DNA of 58,506 nt, filler included, from Sphacelaria rigidula (GCA_964200075.2; 7 parts of 7 records of this genome joined end to end with filler, not necessarily neighbours in it), one strand, 5' to 3'. Counted from the whole stretch's first letter, positions 27,038 to 40,359 are shown. Translations and numbers: made by a program. Notes: generated by a model not told the origin, from the sequence alone.

Positions 27038-29295
27038 AGAGTCCTGGATGGTACCCGAGGCAGCATTGAGTGTCCCAGTCTCTTTGACCATGCATGTTCC
27101 ATTGAAAGCGCGCTTGAGCACGCTTTTTAAGTAAAGGTGCATGCGCTCTTGGGGTAGAGGATGGAGTGGGAACTCCTGTATGAGTTCTTATAACTGTTCG
27201 AAGTATCAAGTGGGCGGTGTCTACTAGTGTGATGTCTATAAGCTGGGTTTCGTCTGAGTTACATGTACGACGTGGATGCTTCTGCTGCTGTCTGTGTAGC
27301 CTAAGACGGTAGACTACTACGGTGCAGCTGCTCCGCACATATGTGTGAACGCTTCTGGTGTTGTCTGTGTAGCCTAAGACGGTACACCAGTACAGTGCAG
27401 TTGCCAAGAACGAATGTGTACCCAGCAGTAGGTGCCTGCCTTCCAGATAGATGTATGTATATGTTGGCACACTTCAGAGAATGTGTGCGCTTTTCAGTGG
27501 TTGTTCTCGTCTGTGAAGGCGATAGGTTGCTCTTCCGCGGGTCTCTAGTGTACGCGTACTAGTGCTACAGTGATTATATAGAAAAATGATAGACCTCGCT
27601 GCATTCAATACTCTGCCTCGGTGCACTATGCATCGCGAGGGTACGAGACATGAACCGTGTACACTTTCACGACCTGCGTACGTCACACCTACATGGCAGA
27701 TAATAAGAATGATGTACTGTATTATTCAGCACTAAACCTGCTGTATCTCATACACTCGTGTCTCTCAGAAGAGTTCGCCTCGGGGGTCAAGAACCGGAGG
27801 CAGCACGACAACTCTCATGGTGATCGATCAACAGGCTTCTCCAACCGCTTGTACTTTTGCACGAGGTGGCTTCACGGCAAAGGATAACGGTCTGGTCTAG
27901 CCGCCACTTCAGATCCATCTTCAGGGCCGCCCCCTTGTTCACGACCAATTGCCCGACCAATGAGCCCGTTTATAACCCTAGCTAAACAATCCGGTGCGCC
28001 AAAATTTTATTGGCACGGAGCACTTTTGGTGTACGGTTGCTGAATGGCGGGAGTTTCTTTCCAGAAAATCGCTCCCCAGGGTAGTACTGCAGTACCCATT
28101 CATCCCATGGATTGAGCCACCCGACGTTTCCGACGCGGAGGATAATCATTGATAGGTTGTCGCGCAATACTCACCGATCTTTCACAGATCCAGCCGTGAA
28201 CACAAGGCAGACATGGTGAATGCAAATTATTGGAAACACGCGCTGAGGGTAGTCCTTGGTAGTTCGTTGGGTGAAAAAATGGACGATCAAAATAGTATCG
28301 GGCAGAAAGAGCTAAAAATGTCGGCAGGTTGCAATGTTCGGTAACTCAAGCGTTGTACGGAAATCTACCGGGAATCAATCGAGCACGCCGCCGCTGCGCC
28401 GACCCCGACTGCGACACTTCCCCGAAAGTCGCGGAAGGAGGGCAGTCATGGGTGGGGATCGTTGGGGTGGTACGTCAAGCACTATTCGGCGCACTGAGCG
28501 GGAGCGGTGCGCCATGATTACGCGTGTGCGCTGATGCTCTACTTTACTGTCTTGTTTTGAAACAGGCCTGACGACGAAGTGAATGTTGTCGAGATCTGGG
28601 TTACCCACGAGAGGACGGGAAATTTTTGGCACTAGCAGCATTACACTCTATTCAAGGGAAAGCACAGAGGGGATAGGCGCTGACAGATTAGAAAAAAATA
28701 AAAGCCGTCATTGGCAGCTATTGCGACACTGACCCACAAGGGTGTTTCGTAAACATACACGGCAATGCGCGCAAAATTCGGTCGACATGGAAGAAAGACC
28801 TTGATAGGTCAGGGGCAATAGCAGCCGCAGACGGTTTTCTTCCAATACGGATCTTTTTTGTCTTCTTGTAATTTGTTTGTAGGGTGTTCCACCAAAGCCC
28901 GAAAATCACTTGTTCTGTCGCGAACATCCTAGGAAGTGCGGATGCAGGCGCGCCTGGGCGTGAGGCGGTAGAGCTGAGTGACACCGGGTGTGACGAGCTG
29001 GGCGACTTACGATGCGGTGGTATCTTCGATCTTGACCTGATCAATACGGTGTGAAAGTGTATTAGCGATCAAGTTCACCTCCGAGTCCCCTTTAAGTGAT
29101 CTCTTTTTCACGCACTCTCGGCCAGGGTGCGTCATCAAGGTCTCGGTCATTCAAAAACGCCGGTGCATCAGACGGCCCACCCTGACCGACAAAGGGTTTT
29201 GAAAACCTATCGCAGCGTCGGTGCTGCCTTACGCTGACAGCTTCGGCTGACTACTCCACGAGTCGTTCCGCATGGTCTTACATGATCGTACAACC

Positions 29296-29670
29296 CCCGT
29301 CCGGGTTATGCATATCTCAGAGGCGAATACCCATGTGGGATTTTGATGTCCATCTTGCTTCCATCTGGGATGTCAGATCCATCCTGGATATAAGCATTTG
29401 GGACGTAAGATTCCGCCGGGGTATCCATGTAGGATACTGACGTCCCAGATGAGCATCCTAGATGGACATTCCAGATGGATATTTTATCCGTATCCCAGAG
29501 TAACCTCCACTCTTCAGATGGATTTCCGTATCGAATATGGACGTTGCAGATAGATCTGATACGCCAGATGGACATCCCAGATGGACGTTGATATTCCCAA
29601 TGGACGTCTCGGATGGATATGACGCTGTATCCGGGACGAATTTCCCAGATGTATATGGCAACCTAGATGA
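29296..29670. repeat. Degenerate array of ATCC(C)AGATGGA motifs in both orientations, MITE-like
   Basis: CCATCTGGGAT-type motifs on the left and CCCAGATGGAC-type motifs on the right. Confidence 0.5.
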
Positions 29671-31139
29671 AGTTTGCCCGAAAATTGCAAGGCTTCGTCA
29701 CGAGGGAGCTAGGCATGACATCGCTAGAACATACTGGGGAATAAGGTATTCTAACAACAGGCTTGCGGTTAACAGGCTTTAAGTGGGACCTGCGTCGTGT
29801 TTGTTTGAAGTACGATGAATGACCGAAATATCCGCCCTGTGTGACGTGTACCAGGCATCCCCCCCCTCATCCCTCGGAGCAGGAAGTTTCAACTTTTGGG
29901 CGCCAAATGGTCGAAAATGACAAGAAGTGCACTAGTCGGTATCAAAGCGATATACATGCTTCTTGCGTCTATTTCTATGTTGCGGTGTGCCCTCTGCTTC
30001 CTTTGGGTGACACGAGCCACCGGGGATGACCGATGGTGCCCGTGAATTGGAACTCTAGACGCCTCTCCCCGAAAGACAGTGTCAACCTTTGCGCAAGCAG
30101 CAGTTGCGGGAAAACGGCACCTAGAGGGTTGAGTGTTGCAAGACTCGGGGTTTACAGATCAGGATTGGGGCGTTAAGTGGCACACCCCAAATAATACAAT
30201 CCTTTGGCCTCCGAGTGGCGCAAAAATGGCGCGAGGTCAAACTCGCCGTTTTTTTTACACAGCGGGGCAAGAGGAGGCGTTTCACCGTTACGCGTTGTGA
30301 ACAGGGAGAAACACACGACATGTTGTCTGAGACAACGTAATCCTTTCGTGCGACTGGACACATCTCCATGGTCTTGTGCGAGTTTGACCCTCAGAACAAC
30401 CGCGACCTTAGCTCACAACTTACGGCAGGGGGTATGAGCGTGGCGGCGACGAAACTGCGACATCCCTCCCCCATATATATCGATGAGCGGCTCCTCCAGC
30501 ATCGTTTCGGAACAGTATCGCCGGCTGGCAGTACAAGGGTTGCCATGTTCTAGAGGAGGGGGGTGTGGGTTCCGCGATCGCCAGGAAACACTTTCCGAAT
30601 CAACCACGTGTGTTTCCTGGAAAGTTCTACGCCGGGCAGCACGCCTAAAGGGGGGTGAGGTGGCCATTTAAAAGTTTTGATCAGTGTCTTGTTAGTTGAT
30701 AATACGCGACAAACGGTCTTCTTTCTGTTCCTGCCGACGGGGCTACTTGATTAGCCGTCCCATTTACCAATGAGGGTGCTCATCTCCATGGGCTAGAGTC
30801 TTCGGAGCGGCAGAGGAGAGGAGGGTATCTTGCCACTTACTGGGGAATAAGGTCAGATGCGGAGGTGGGTGTGCGCCGTTTGCCGGATATCATTTTTCCC
30901 AACAAATCTCCCAACCCCTCACCCTTCCTGCCAAAACCATCAAAATTTGAACTTTCAAGGCCTTGGTGCGTTGAAGAAGACTTGTGAGTACCCGTGGGCC
31001 TAGATAAAATATGGTAGACTTCCGGGGGAGGGGGGTATTCATTTGTTGCTCGCCCTAGTCGTTTGACCATTGACCACGCATCCCTTTCGAGGCAGAGCAC
31101 AGCTCCTACGCCTAGTAGAGGCACCCCCAACATTCAGGT

Positions 31140-33290
31140 GCTTATTACGTTTCTTTCATGCATTCTACAAAAACTTTTACATACCTTTTCCCCGTCCTGT
31201 CTCGCCGTCTGTGGCCACTATATATCTTGTAGTATAGCCATCACTTTTTCGCTACTGTGAAATGCATCGAATGATTTTATGCCACCTGCGTTCACTCCCC
31301 GCATTTCCCCCTCTAGCACGTGCCATACCTCCTTGTATAGTGCACGTTCTGCCACTTTATGAGTTCTGCTCTCTATTGCTGTGCCATAGGGACAGTTCTG
31401 TGCATCTACTTCCTCCTCCTTTCGATTGCTGGTACATCTCTTCCTTCTTTCTGGCAGGGCCAGGTCCCCAACCCAAAATCGCAGTTTCAATTTTTCCGCC
31501 GCGTCCATTGGGCCATGCAAATATGTCTTGATCCCTATTCCCTCTCTCAAACCCCCGTATATCTTCAGGTGTTATTCCTTCTCTACTTTGGGTCTGGGAG
31601 CTCCTCTTCCCCTTATTTCTATCATGTCTCTTACTTTTGTCTTGTACCCCGCACCTTCACCTATGGACAGTATTTCGTCTTGATTTCCTCCCATCTCCTT
31701 CCATACTTTCTCAACTTCCCTATCCCATCTTATGCCAGCATTCCATTAAGTCGTTTTCTTCCGTACATCATTATCAACGATAGCTGGCAATCTCCTTCTC
31801 TGCATGTTCTTGAAGCTATATTGTCATCGCAATTTCTCATGTCTCTGTTATTTGTTAGTGAGTAAATGCTATATTGCTCGTCGTTTTCGAGCATCCGAGT
31901 ACTGTTTCCAACTTATTCACCAACTTCACGTTCTCCTCTCACACTTCTCCTGCATGTTCCAGCTTTGGTGCAATTAGGATATATTTCTTAATCCTAGTGT
32001 CTAGATGCGAGTCTTTGAGGATCACGTCCAGCCTGCCTATCTGTGCCTTACCCTCTTCTATTACTTTATTTATTTGTGCATCTCAAGAACAATTTATTGG
32101 GATCTCTACTCCAAGGTATCTTTACTGGTCTACGATCGGCAGTTCCTCTTCTCCCCACTTCCATTTGAACTTTACCGGATTTTTCTCATCTTCGTTACAG
32201 ACGAGTACCGCGCATTTGTTAACGTTCGCTGTCAGTCACTCTCCATTTCCTAGTGTATTCTCGCGCCTTGTTCATCTGTTTCTGTAATCCTTCTGCTGCT
32301 CTCGAAATCCCCACAAAGTCATCCACGAACATCAATCCTGATGCCATATCTTCCCCCACATTGACTTCTTGCTTTGCTGCTTCTATTGCTAATATCTAGT
32401 CGTTAATAAATACCTTGAATAGAGTGGGTGATAACCCACATCTTTGTGCAGCTCCCTGTAGAATATAAAAATATTTCGATGTCTTCCCGTTTAGCATCAT
32501 ATCACTTTTGGCAAATTCTGTCATCTTCTTCACCATTCCCTACATCTTTCCTCTGATCCCAGTGTCCCACAACGTTTTCCACCACCCATTTCTCCATACT
32601 TTGTCATGAGCCTTTTGCACGCCCAGAAAAAAACAGTTCGTTGTCAGCCTGGTGTCTTTCTTATCTACGCAGCTACGTTCTGGTCTGAATCCTACTTGCC
32701 CCTCGCCGATTTTCTCTTCCTTTTTTAGCAGCTTTCCTACTCTCTCGTCAGAATCTTACATGATGTTTCCCCTACCGTACTCAGTAGCGTTATCCCTCTG
32801 TAATTTCCTGGGTCAGCCGTGCCTCCTTTTTGAAAAGGTTGACGACTACTCCTTCCCTCCACCTCTGAGGTGTGTACTCGTTTTCCCAGATCCAGTTTTG
32901 AAGCATAACTATCATAGCAATCACTCCCTCTCCCCCATACTATAGAAATTCATTCACTATTCCGTTTGCCCCCGCTGCCTTACCGTTCTTGAGTCTAGCT
33001 CCGCCGCCCTTCACTTCATCTCTGGTAAATTCTCTCTGCAATTCTTTGGAGCCGTTATCCTCCCGTTGTGTTGTCTCTACATTTGCCTCTGCCCACGCGT
33101 TGATTTCTTTTTCAAATACCGTGTCGAACTTCGTGTTAGTTTTTGGTGCTCCTATTTTACGGTAGTGCTCAACCACCACTTCTCTCTTCCCCTCCGAAGT
33201 ACTGATCATTTCACCGTTCTGTACCCGGAGTGTGGCTATCCCCTTGTCCATCTTTCCTGCCTGATTCCCGGTATCCATTTTGACACATCC
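31140..33290 (-). mobile_element. Decayed, 5'-truncated non-LTR retrotransposon (LINE) ORF2: RT plus degenerate C-terminal Cys/His region
   Basis: Minus strand gives FFLGVQKAHDKVWRNG (FLDxxKAYD), GAAQRCGLSPTLFKVFIND (GxxQGxxLSP), GLMFVDDFVG (YADD), RYLGVEI and CPYG...ESRTH; many stops and frameshifts. Confidence 0.9.
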
Positions 33291-33390
33291 TGCGATAGCC
33301 CCCCCCCCCCCAAAAGAAACGTAATGAGCTACGGAAGGAAAGTAATGAGCGCCAGAATGTTGGAGGTGTCTCTATGAGGAGGAGGAACGG

Positions 33391-33490
33391 NNNNNNNNNN
33401 NNNNNNNNNNNNNNNNNNNNNNNNNNNNNNNNNNTTAATTAATTAANNNNNNNNNNNNNNNNNNNNNNNNNNNNNNNNNNNNNNNNNNNN
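33391..33490. other. Artificial contig spacer
   Basis: N44-TTAATTAATTAA-N44. Confidence 0.99.
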
Positions 33491-33696
33491 CCTGTACTCT
33501 ATGCAGTACAATAACGTCATCGGCAATACCACGCCAATCGAACAGCGACGCGGTCCTTTGTCATCAGCTGGGTCAGTAGTTCACAGTGATATACTTACAT
33601 TGGGTTCAATCGGGAAACTGGGGAAGCTGTGGTGTGAGCAGCTTTTAGCAGCTTATAAAGCTGGCCCAGCTCGTACCCCGCACCGCTGTCCAAGGG

Positions 33697-33900
33697 TTGA
33701 CCCTTAAACAGCAAGAGTAGGTCATTTGCTAAATCGGCATCAATTTCACTTGAAAAGAAGTATGCAAGATCTAGATGGACTACCCTTGCGGTCAAACGCT
33801 TGACCGCGAGGGGAGGTCACCTGCTGAATCGGCATCCATCTTCACTTGAAAAATGTATGCGTCGTCCAGGGGGACCACCCGCAGCGCGGTCTGATGTTCA
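33697..33900. mobile_element. Two tandem degenerate copies of the ~98-bp piggyBac-type MITE
   Basis: Each unit resembles the reverse complement of 49735-49832 (core AATCGGCATC..TTTCACTTGAAAA..TATGC). Confidence 0.65.
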
Positions 33901-34069
33901 AGCGGAATGTCTGCAGCTTTATACTCTGACGGACAAAAGGGACAAAAGGGACGATTGGGTCTACCTTCTCACCGGCCGTAGTGGTCATGTGCATCCCATG
34001 CATGTTTTTCAAGCCTAAATTGGCGCCGAATCGGCAGGGATCATCCACCACCCTGACGGACTATATTGC

Positions 34070-34432
34070 GTGTGTGTTGTGCTTTTCGTCCAATCTATTC
34101 TGGACGACGGTCTTCACCTTTCGTTATATATGGGCGCACCAGCCGGGGTCACAGAGGAGGAAGTTCAGCCCCGGAGTTTTTCTTTTTTGTTCGTTTTTCG
34201 TTCTAGTCCTCCATCTTCCTTTTACGGTGCCCCTTTTTCATCGCGAGAGGGGCTCGGCAGTTTTTTTCCCTCGTCCACCGTTAAGTCGAATCTTGTGTAC
34301 CCACGACATAGTCGCTCTCCACTACTGTTGGGCATGGTGTGAGGAAAAAATCCCACATCTCTCCGAGATTTGAACCCCCAACCCAACCAACAGGAGGTGT
34401 CGGGGTTATCAACTGGGCCACGGGGGCGACCG
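34070..34432 (-). mobile_element. SINE family A, full length (about 360 bp), tRNA-derived head
   Basis: GGTCGCCCCCGTGGCCCAGTTGA (A box), GGTTCAAATC (B box), conserved body and AC-rich tail. Confidence 0.85.
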
Positions 34433-34444
34433 GCTTTTGATTCA

Positions 34445-34604
34445 TCCTTTTGGGGGCCGGACTCCCAGAAACATGTGTTTTACACGAAGGTGCTTTTCCG
34501 TGAACCGACATCATTTTTACTTGAAAACGAATTAAAATGACGCCGATTCACAAAAGGCCCCTGGGTGCAAACCACATGTTTCTGGGAATCCGGTCCAAAA
34601 AGGG
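34445..34604. mobile_element. Near-palindromic 160-bp MITE, piggyBac-type
   Basis: CCTTTTGGGGGCCGGACTCCCAGAAACATGTG ... CACATGTTTCTGGGAATCCGGTCCAAAAAGGG, flanked by TTCA/CTAA (degenerate TTAA). Confidence 0.7.
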
Positions 34605-35791
34605 CTAATGATTTGGTGAACAAAACCGGCGCAAGAACAAGAGACGCTTAGTACGCCATACAGGACCGCCTAGTTTGCAACTAGCTTGTTTGTGGCGTAT
34701 TGGTCTGGGCAATGGGGCTATGCGTGGAACTACAATGCTCCAGTTCAGTTTGACATGCCGAATCAAGTTTGTTTGAGATCGATGCGCAAACCGAAGGCCG
34801 TCAAAAAGGGGATATGGGCTTCGAGATGAGGGTCATACATGTACTCGTACAAAACCGCGAGATCTATTGCATGATCCCAGACGTGTTGAACTGCCGAAAA
34901 AGCCACAACAGACAGTACAGACAGACAGGTGTACAGAACAGGGGAGCACGCAGCCCACGAAGAGTACATTCATAGATAGTACAGCCAGTGACCCACGAGT
35001 CCGCAACCGCCCACAGCGAACATCGGCTGGAGCCTACAGCCATACACGAAACAGGATGGTAGTGTGAAATACTGCACAGTAAGTTACTGTGCGTACAGTG
35101 CTGTCTCTCCGTGTAGCTGTTTCGTCCCATCCATCGCCATGCGCTTGTTCAATGATCACCACTGCACAAGTCATCAGAGATGCAGGGCAAAAACGATCAA
35201 ATATATACTCGTGACAGTACAGTACAGTACACCGTTCTTCCCTTTGCTCCGTATTCCGCCGACGACAGGTCAAACAAACTCCCGCCCAGTACGCTTCAGC
35301 ACCTCAGGGTAGCGTACGCTCGTCAAGTACCCAAACAAAACCCGCACCTGACATCAACAAGATATCTGATCCTAATCACTCGGTCGGGCAACCTTCAACT
35401 TTGAAGGCTCGAAAATTGTATCACTCCCTAGTCGCCGCAAGTATCAAATACGGGAGCACCCCGAGCCCTCCCAAGGCGTTTCAAGTGAACACCCACCAAA
35501 GTAATTTGCATGAAAATTTCTCTTTCGCATTCCGTTCCCTCTCACAAACAGCAACAGCGCCTTTCGGAGACGAGCCGCAAAAGCGCCGCTTTACTCAAGG
35601 AACGAGAGACGTATTGGTGACAAAGGCCTGGCTAAATTGCAAATGTCTATTCCTCCTACCCATCCCATCCCCGCTCACTGCGGCCCTCAACGCCCCGGAC
35701 CTCGGTCTATATACAGAACAAGAAAGTGGTGAGTATTCATTGCATACTTGACAGTTAACGGAACTTCCGCATCGAATAACACACGACTTAC

Positions 35792-35896
35792 GATAGAGAT
35801 GACGGGATGAAGAACCATTGAGGCCACCTGATCCTTGTTGTACGGTGCTTCAATGCCTCGAGTACGCACAAGGCGCTGCGTGGTGGACGCTGGCAT
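35792..35896 (-). CDS. Probable exon 1 of a DHHC palmitoyltransferase-like membrane protein
   Basis: MPASTTQRLVRTRGIEAPYNKDQVASMVLHPVISI resembles the RxxGxxxPxxxxQV N-terminus of ZDHHC1/11-type enzymes; ends at a GTAAGT donor. Confidence 0.5.
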
Positions 35897-36404
35897 AGCC
35901 GTTGCTTTGCCCGTCCCTGCCCTTGTCTTTCTCCTCTCCTCCTCGGAATATGCCACCCAGCGCTACAACCTGCAGCACCAACTGTACCCGTTTCCGCTAT
36001 GCAATCTTCCACATTCGAGTGGTATGTCAGACCCACGATCCCGTACCTGGTCGTCAGCGTCTGTTCACAGTTTTATGTGGTCCCTTTAATATAACTTCTT
36101 TATACCACATGAATTCTTCCAATATTATTACAATAGACAAGTATTCAATGCGATTCGCCCTCTTCTTTACCGGAGTTGTGCGTAGCGAGCAGAACCAAAG
36201 TAGTGAGGTGATGGAAAATGACAAACGTATATACTGATATCTAACGACACAAGTTCGTTTACTATATGAACACCCTACATTCCGGATCTGCATCTAAATC
36301 TGTGCACGCCCTCCCCGGCCTCCCGCCACGGTAAGCTCTCCCATCTGATTATCAACCCCACTTCACGCCATAAAACCGAAAAAATAATCCTTGTGTCAAC
36401 ATCA

Positions 36405-36605
36405 ATGTCAAATGCGGCCATGGACCTGACCAGGGAATGGAGAGACCTAATTGGCAACGTGAGGCATCAACTTGCAGCAGGAACTTCCACGAGCGCAGAT
36501 CGCCGGAGCAGAGCAGGCGGGTGGGGTGCTTCTAAAGGTGGTGATGGTAGTGGTGGTGCTCTTTTTACGACATGGAGAACACCGCTGTCCCCTTTCATGC
36601 AGCAG
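36405..36605 (+). CDS. STX18: Syntaxin-18/SYP8 (Ufe1) family, exon 1
   Basis: (MSNAA)MDLTREWRDLI...SPFMQQ, a Syntaxin-18 N-peptide-like start; phase-0 donor CAG|GTACGC. Confidence 0.75.
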
Positions 36606-39175
36606 GTACGCGCTCGCCCTGTTTGCAGTCTAGGCTCTCAGACTAGGTTTTCGTTCAGTCTTCCCGCAGAGTTACCTTCTACATACTGTACTCAACGTGA
36701 CGAAGTATAACACCCCCCGGGATGATACATTTTGGCGTCTTTGATTTGCTGAGAACTAAGTCCCCGCATTCCCAAAATATGTCGTTTAAAATATTATGAT
36801 ACTCCTTCAATTTCCAGGTGGAATCGGGTTTCCTGTTTTTTCGAGGAAGTCAAGGTTGAAAACTTTGACTTGCGGACAATCCCATTTCCGGGCAGTAGGG
36901 AGGTGGAGGGGGGGGCGGGGCATGGGGGGCGGTGGGGTGCTGTACCCCATAGCCGAACCCGCTACTGTGCCTGTATCTAGTACTAGTGAGACGTATTTTC
37001 AAGATTATTGAGGGGAGACGTAAGGCTCGACGGCTATCTTGCTTGCAGCCTGCAGTCACTATGGGTTCACGGCAAGGAAATCAACTACTACAAGACGATG
37101 CATCTCTGCAGACGGGAGCAAGGATTTCGTCGATAGAATATCTCAGCAACGCCTGCTAGACAGATTTGCAGGTTCTGTTGCGGAAACGCACAATAGACAA
37201 TAACCTCCCGGCCAGTGGTCGTGCGTACCTGTAAACGACTGCATGAAGTACAGTACAGTGCGGTGGAGAGCAATTCATGTCCTTGAATGGCTAGTCAGGG
37301 TGCAAGTTCAGAGGTCGCCGCAGGCTAACGAGCAACCTGAAAGTATGGTCGGCCAACGAAGTGTGCGCGTCGCACGTACCAACAGAGGGTATTTTGTGAG
37401 AGCGTTACTGTCCTCCTCTACTAAAATCTGGTCAACAACTGACCAGCGCTCGTCATGACGTCGTGCCCTGACCCAATTTCTCACGAAACGATTTCCGAGT
37501 CGAGTCAGCTGGTTTTCGTTTTGGGGAGGTTTCGGTCCACACAGAAAAATGAGCGAAGAAACGAAGGGTAACTTGACCGAGCACGGTACAACACTACAGG
37601 ACCTAGCTCGCGTTGCACAGGAAAATGGCCATTTGAAGTTCTGTACGAGCCCATGCACCTTTAGAGGTTCTTCGCTGTACAGCCGCGCTTGCGAGCATGC
37701 GTCGAGCGCCCAAGCACAGGCTCGCTTGATCGGACGAGAGCTCTTTCTCAGCCACGTAGGACGAACGTGAGTTCACAGAGATCGGTTCAGTAGGTGTGAG
37801 CAACACCATAACGCGCGAAGTTTGGCATGGAAACGGGCGTATCTGAATACTGTTGGTGCTGTTTTGACCGTAGTCACGGCTGCTGAACCCATCGGTTCTC
37901 ATTCAGTTCTTGAAGGATCCAACCTCCAAAAGGAACACCGTGCTCGGTTAGCCAAGGAGAGCTACACGAACGGTTGATGGTCGTACGGCGCAGGTGTAAT
38001 GCTAGGGGCATCCTGACTTTCTGTTTCTAGCTAGACTACTTGCTTGCTGCAAATCCGCCATGCTACCGCGTTATCTACCCATTCGTCGGTATAACCACCT
38101 TTTTCAGTTTTTAAGGATAGGTTTTGGCATTCGCACAGATTCCCAGCGTCAAGGGAGACAATAATGAGAAATAATATTGAACAAAACAACAAAAAATCGG
38201 GTCCCCTAATGAACCGTCTGCTACTTGTGGGATTTTTTTTGTTCTCACACGGAAAATCATCACCAAAACTTGGGTCAAAAAACGACGGTAGGGCGTGTTT
38301 TATTAAAAAAAGCAATCGACAGAGTGCCGCAGAATAGAAAAAAATCCAATCTGATCGGTCCACGTCATTCATATTTTCAGCTGGCTTCATTCATTTTTGA
38401 TCATTATTCGCGCGCGGACGGAAGGAAATATATGCCATCACTTTGCTTCTTCGATCGAAGACATGCGACGGAAAGGAACGAAGGAGAACTTGACCCTTAT
38501 CTTGGGGACCAGCACGTTAGATACCACCCGTTTACAGAACAACGCAAACCCCACGCAATTCATTGTCACTCACCACCGAAACCCTGCAGCATAGAGCACG
38601 AATGAAGTAGAGGGATGCATACACTGCAACAGTTGGAACCCAGCACTGTCACCCTCTTGGCATGATGTGTTTCTTTCTTACTTGTTTGCGAAAACTTGAG
38701 CATCTTCTTTCATGGTGAGGGTGAGCGACGGAATTGCGTGGTAGGGTGGGCAACCAAATTGCGTAGACGCTCATCGAGAGTATAGACCATACAAAACTGC
38801 ACGTTGCTCAAATCATTTTCGCATCCTGCTGTATGCGGGGAGTACAGACAGCACACGTACTGTCTGTACTGCATGTTGCCCGGTTCTTCTTTACATCTTG
38901 CTCTACGAAAAAAAAAAAAACACTGTATGCAGGCAGCACTGTACTGCCCATACTTTTTATAAAAAATCAAGCAACGCAAAAAAAACTTCGAAAATATTTT
39001 CGCTTCTGCGCCTGCAAATTCTGTCGGAACCAATAGCGCAAACGAACGAATCCGATCGAATAAATTCCGCTGGATTTTTTCGTTCGTGTGTGATAAGACA
39101 CACGCACCCTGAGACACTCGCTATTTTCCCTCTTTTTCTTTTTTGTATCTTAAAACTTATTTGTCGGCGAAGCAG

Positions 39176-39271
39176 GCGACAGAGTTAAACTACAGCATCA
39201 AAGACATGCACACCTTCTTGCTGCAGCACTTCCATGGCTACATCGACCTACATCACTCTCTCCCCTCCCAG
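39176..39271 (+). CDS. STX18: Syntaxin-18, exon 2
   Basis: ATELNYSIKDMHTFLLQHFHGYID resembles STX18 [24 protein letters not shown]; CAG acceptor, GTAAC donor, 96 nt, phase 0. Confidence 0.85.
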
Positions 39272-39829
39272 GTAACAAATCCCCACGTGATGTCGGTGCC
39301 CAGTTTGCTGCATATCGCCGCTCTGTTTTACCCCAGTGCACGAGCAAGCGATGCGCGAGAGAGGAGGGCGTACTCATTTGTTGCTTGCCTCACTCATTTC
39401 ACCGCTGACCGTGGGGAGGGAGGGGGGTTGGCTACAGTTGTACCATACTACAACTTCCTAAGGTCGTTTTGTAGTGTCTGCGGCCCTTTTGCTTGAGGTT
39501 ACAAAGCTACTGCACCCGCCTGGTTTCCTGATTGCAGCACTTGGCGCAGTCATGTACCTCTCTTGTTTTTCACATACTTCTTCTACTCCCCGCCCCCCCC
39601 CCCCCCCTGAGCGCGCCCGTCAACGCCACTCATGGACACACAAGAGAAGCGATGCTATTACGGTATTGTCCATCGCTCTACCAGATACGCGCGGTTCTCG
39701 GTGCAACGGTCAACCACCTGTCTAGCCGCTCAATTCCACATACACAAAATTCGGTCTCTAATAGCTTGATTCTCGCGAACTGTTCCCCCTCCCGCCCCTC
39801 CTGGCCCCCCCGACTACCCCCCAACCAAG

Positions 39830-40132
39830 CGATCTGTGATGTCGGAAGAGGACAAAGATCTGATCGACCTCGAAGTCACCTCCTTCATGACAGCATGCGC
39901 CGCTGGAGTTGACGCCCTCAAGGCCTTGTTGCAGAGGGAAAGATTGAGGAGGATGGAGCAAGAGTCATCTGCTAATGAGGACAGCACCGGCGGCGGTAGC
40001 GGAATGACAGTAGAAATTGCCGCGGACGGAAGCGGGATGGGAGCGGGCTCGAGGCCGGCGCATGAAAACGCGGCGGTTACATTTCTGTTTGAAAGGCTCA
40101 AAGCAGTCACGGAAGTAGCGGAGACAATGCAG
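39830..40132 (+). CDS. STX18: Syntaxin-18, exon 3; the SNARE and TM exons lie beyond the contig
   Basis: MSEEDKDLIDLEVTSFMTAC...HENAAVTFLFERLK resembles MTDTERDQIDQDAQIFMRTC...HRTAVLDFIEDYLK; 303 nt, phase 0. Confidence 0.85.
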
Positions 40133-40347
40133 GTGGGGTTGGAGGTTCTTTGAACGAACGTCGGAAAGGAAGTGTCTTCGCCTGCTCCGCTGATTGCATT
40201 GGGGGAAATGTTGGGTATTGTTGACGGTTTGGTTTATTGCTCGTCGCGCACAGGGTGATCCCCTACGAAGCCAGATCTGGTCATAAGTACTCGGGGGCAA
40301 AAACGGAGGTACTCAACTGCTTCCTGCGAAAGTAAAAATCGCGTATT

Positions 40348-40359
40348 TGTTGTTGTTGC

